From the sequence record NC_054924.1: a DNA stretch of 64,000 nt; one strand, given 5' to 3'. This document shows positions 60,869-64,000 of the stretch, piece by piece. The position numbers and the translations under genes are program-made. This stretch comes from Escherichia phage vB_EcoM_Lutter. The notes beneath the pieces are model-generated. The model saw only the letters and a list, made by a program, of their open reading frames with translations. It did no database searches and was not told where the DNA came from. Within the stretch, counting starts at the first letter, position 1. The number at the start of each line of letters is the position of its first letter.

Positions 60869-60886
60869 AAAGGCCCGAAGGCCTTT
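60869..60886 (-). terminator. Stem-loop with UUCG loop upstream of alt
   Basis: aaaggcccgaaggccttt. Confidence 0.45.
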
Positions 60887-61073
60887 AGTAATCTAGTGGT
60901 AAGAGAGTACGATATATTTCAAACTTTGGTCCTTTTTCATAGGCATCAAATGTTTCTGTAAATTTATTATAAGCGTATGCATCTACAAATTCGAGAATGA
61001 CTTGTGATACAGAAGTAGAAACATCTCCACCTTCTTTTTGAGCAATGACAATTGTTTCTAAGTAAGCTTTCAT
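60885..61073 (-). CDS. Small hypothetical protein
   Basis: 62 aa ORF; ATGA-type overlap with the gene 30 stop. Confidence 0.5.
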   Translation of the reverse strand: MKAYLETIVIAQKEGGDVSTSVSQVILEFVDAYAYNKFTETFDAYEKGPKFEIYRTLLPLDY

Positions 61074-62533
61074 AGACCAGTTACCTCATGAAAATCACCA
61101 AATACATCCTCGAATGTATTAGCTTTAGTTTTATCTTCACGTAAACGAATCGCAATCGGAAGAAATAATTTAACGTAATCAGTGCGGCCATCAGATTTTA
61201 ACCAACCGTTGCATTCGCACTCTAGAATTTTTCCAATATAATAATTTTGGTTTTCCATAATGCGAGTACGGTCAAGTTCATGTGATTTTACACCGGCTTT
61301 ATCTTTTAAGCCTGAACCAGCATTTACCTTAATTTTTCCACACTCTGACTCAAGAATAAATCCACCCGCTTTAGTAGGGTCTTTACGGTGAGGATAAATT
61401 CCTACAATTTTTAAATCAACATCAATTACTTCTTTAAATTTATAGAGATTTTTTGAACGAGCATTTTCCCATAATCCATCGATATTTTTGAGAATAATAC
61501 CTTCAAGACCTTGGTCAATATACTTTTTATAAATTACCTTAGCTTCATCTAGGTTATTTACTACCTGGTTTTCAATTAAAATTACTTTATCATAGCCTGA
61601 TGTCATTTGTTCTAGTTTAGAAAAACGTACATCATATTTTAAACGAAACGCCGGAAGACCGTATATTTCTACCAACGGGACATAATCCCAGACCTGAAAC
61701 TTCATGCATTGAGCTTCTTTTTCGGAAATGGTTCCCTTTAAAGATTTATTAGCGATTCCATTAGAAGTAGTACGTGATTCAGCTACTTCGGCGAATTCTT
61801 TGGCTTTACTAATTTCAGGATAAGCATCAAAAAGAAAATCTAGGCCTTCTGGCTCCTTTTTAACTTGCTCATGGTATACCAATTCGCCATCAATTAACAC
61901 GCCTTCTGGATGAATCTGGCGGGCTTCAGCGGTCATTTTGATTAATTCTTCCTTAAGAAGATCTAATCCTAGATATTCATTACCGGCTCGTGATAAAAGA
62001 CGAACATCATCTAATTCATCACCTCTGACTTCGGCAAAGCACCGAGCCCCATCAGCTTTTAACTGGGCAAAGGCTGGAAATTTGATATTCTTATTAATGC
62101 CTTTTTCATCATAAGAACTTGCCAGCATTTGAGGTTGTTCAGGAATTAAACCTGGCCAAACTTTGTTTGCAATAGATACTGAAGCACCACATTCAAGGTC
62201 TCGCATCATCACTCGACGCAAAACTTCAGCATCATCTTTTTTACCATCGGTGATATATCCAGTTAATTCCTCAATTGCTGCATTTCCAGTCAATTTCCGA
62301 GTAGCTAATGTGAATTCAATGAAGTCAAGCATATCGGTAAGAGTCAACATTCCAAAACCCTGGGTAGCAATACCAGGTTTAGGCCATTTCTTGATATAAT
62401 ACTGCAGCCCACGAGAATAAGTCAGACGATATACTCGTTTAAGCAATTCATTATCTTTATTCTTTTCAAGAATTGCTTGCTTCTGCTTAGTTGAACCAAT
62501 AGATGCTATTTCGTTCAGAATTTTAAGAATCAT
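61070..62533 (-). CDS. 30: ATP-dependent DNA ligase
   Basis: 487 aa; adenylation motif AQLKADGARCFA (KxDG); size as T4 ligase. Confidence 0.95.
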   Translation of the reverse strand: MILKILNEIASIGSTKQKQAILEKNKDNELLKRVYRLTYSRGLQYYIKKWPKPGIATQGFGMLTLTDMLDFIEFTLATRKLTGNAAIEELTGYITDGKKDDAEVLRRVMMRDLECGASVSIANKVWPGLIPEQPQMLASSYDEKGINKNIKFPAFAQLKADGARCFAEVRGDELDDVRLLSRAGNEYLGLDLLKEELIKMTAEARQIHPEGVLIDGELVYHEQVKKEPEGLDFLFDAYPEISKAKEFAEVAESRTTSNGIANKSLKGTISEKEAQCMKFQVWDYVPLVEIYGLPAFRLKYDVRFSKLEQMTSGYDKVILIENQVVNNLDEAKVIYKKYIDQGLEGIILKNIDGLWENARSKNLYKFKEVIDVDLKIVGIYPHRKDPTKAGGFILESECGKIKVNAGSGLKDKAGVKSHELDRTRIMENQNYYIGKILECECNGWLKSDGRTDYVKLFLPIAIRLREDKTKANTFEDVFGDFHEVTGL

Positions 62534-62799
62534 TGTTCATCCTTCAGAGTTTGATTTACAGCTCTATTATAAATCAATTCATCATTAAGCTCAGTTAAAG
62601 ACCTATGATATGTAGTTCTAACTTTATTTCCTTGCATCCAGTGCTTGATATAAATGAAACCTTGCTCTACACATTTTTTAAAAATTCGTTCGTCTTTTTG
62701 AGCTCGGAATTCTGGATTGCATCTAAAAAATTGATTTACGTGACCGTAATCACGTGTAGTATTACCTTCATTTTCATAAATAGTGTGAACAACAAACAT
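62530..62799 (-). CDS. Hypothetical protein (30.1-like)
   Basis: 89 aa ORF; overlapping start/stop with neighbours. Confidence 0.6.
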   Translation of the reverse strand: MFVVHTIYENEGNTTRDYGHVNQFFRCNPEFRAQKDERIFKKCVEQGFIYIKHWMQGNKVRTTYHRSLTELNDELIYNRAVNQTLKDEQ

Positions 62800-63638
62800 T
62801 AGAATGCTCCTTGGAAAATATTATCACCACAAGTAGGTCTATTATACAAATACTCTATACCGCCGGGTTTAATATAGTTCCATGTCTGAAACGGATGTGT
62901 CTGATATGGATGATATAGATGATTATAAGGATTAAATCCAGGAGTTCTCCAGGTAGTGTTCCAACGAAAAGAATCGTTTTTAATCATCTTTTCAATTACA
63001 TCTTTTATAGCTTTTTCACTATCAAAACTTTCTTTATTTTCCTTTGGTGAAAAAAGCTTATTCTCTACATCGTTCCATGTATAAACTCGCTGAGCAGTTT
63101 TTGGAATACTGTCACGTTCCCCTCGAGCCATCCAATAAACAGGAACACTTAATATTTCACTCGCGTGATCGCAGTGGTGAGCGAGATCGTCAATATAACA
63201 AATTACGTTATATTTCTCTTTTGCCTTTTTGAACAACTCTTCTTTTGAAGAATCATGACCACACATCAGTACTTCTGAGAAGGCACCAGGAAAAAGAGCA
63301 TTCAAATTAAATTGACGATTCAGCAGAGCGTCAATAGAATCACCCAGCGCTGTAACAGCTACAAAATTATAATCTTCTTTTAATTTGTTAATTACACACA
63401 GAGCATCTTTATATGGAGACAAGTAACGAATAAAATCTGAACGATTGTATTTTTCAATTAACTTGACACCAAGTTCTTCATCACAATTAAAAAGTTTACC
63501 AGGAGAAATAAATTTTTCATCTTGGATCATTTTTAAAATATGTTCCAACGGAAGATTATATTTCTGAGCAAAATAAGGAAGGCCTGATTGCCAGCTTAAA
63601 CACACTCCATCAATATCAGTTAAAATAGTAGGCTTCAT
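62799..63638 (-). CDS. Hypothetical protein with HAD-like N-terminal motif (30.2-like)
   Basis: 279 aa; N-terminus MKPTILTDIDGVCLSW resembles HAD motif I (DxDG). Confidence 0.6.
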   Translation of the reverse strand: MKPTILTDIDGVCLSWQSGLPYFAQKYNLPLEHILKMIQDEKFISPGKLFNCDEELGVKLIEKYNRSDFIRYLSPYKDALCVINKLKEDYNFVAVTALGDSIDALLNRQFNLNALFPGAFSEVLMCGHDSSKEELFKKAKEKYNVICYIDDLAHHCDHASEILSVPVYWMARGERDSIPKTAQRVYTWNDVENKLFSPKENKESFDSEKAIKDVIEKMIKNDSFRWNTTWRTPGFNPYNHLYHPYQTHPFQTWNYIKPGGIEYLYNRPTCGDNIFQGAF

Positions 63639-63964
63639 AGAGAGTCTCTTAATAGGTTTAACACATCAATAAATTCAGCTTCGGTTAGTATTGTATCATC
63701 TTTTGTTAGACCACTAGCCATGCTGTGCTTCAAAACTTTTCCTTTCGAGGCTTGTAATGCATCACGAAAGCCCTTGTTTTGGATCGCTGCTTCAAAATAT
63801 GCATTTGTGTATAATTCTTTCCACGCCGGGGAGTATCTTGAAAATGGAACTCCAAGCCAGAAGAGGGTTCCACGGTCCTGAGCTCTTGCATAAGACCTTC
63901 CAGCTTGTTGGGCGGCAAGCCCGGATAACCCAAATATACGACGTTGTTGTTCAACGTTTTTCAC
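63635..63964 (-). CDS. Hypothetical protein (30.3-like)
   Basis: 109 aa ORF; true start could lie upstream near the window edge. Confidence 0.5.
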   Translation of the reverse strand: MKNVEQQRRIFGLSGLAAQQAGRSYARAQDRGTLFWLGVPFSRYSPAWKELYTNAYFEAAIQNKGFRDALQASKGKVLKHSMASGLTKDDTILTEAEFIDVLNLLRDSL

Positions 63965-64000
63965 CTTGCATCCTTGGAGGAATCCTTCAAGACCTCCAAA

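Overview
This window is a contiguous segment of a T4-like (T-even, Tequatrovirus-type) myophage genome, closely related to but not identical to T4. The assignment rests on recognisable proteins (lysozyme e, EndoV, gp23, gp5, gp17, gp18, DNA ligase, UvsW, UvsY, RNA ligase 2, Alt) and T4 gene order; all product names are from recall of T4 proteins, and no database search was run. Layout: (i) 1-11100, minus strand: early/accessory genes (ipIII, a frameshifted ipII, denV, e, nudE), a hyperplastic block of small membrane and hypothetical genes, an 8-tRNA cluster with homing-endonuclease-like ORFs, and an ipI-like locus; (ii) 11100-14500, minus strand: 57B, 57A, 1, 3, 2, 4; (iii) 14500-44500, plus strand: the late morphogenesis block 53, 5, 5.1, 5.4, 6-12, wac, 13-20, 67, 68, 21-24; (iv) 44500-64000: rnlB, hoc, inh, uvsW, uvsY, baseplate/tail genes 25, 26, 51, 27, 28, 29, 48, 54, then alt, DNA ligase 30 and 30.1-30.3. 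The most interesting candidates are a PspA/IM30-like coiled-coil protein inside a tandem array of small membrane proteins, additional capsid-targeting-sequence (internal-protein-like) genes beyond ipI/II/III, a frameshifted ipII, repeat-flanked promoter/stem-loop cassettes, and a decayed tandem copy of the alt N-terminus. Several ORF-track starts are TTG/GTG-extended; I moved those to the first ATG with a Shine-Dalgarno.
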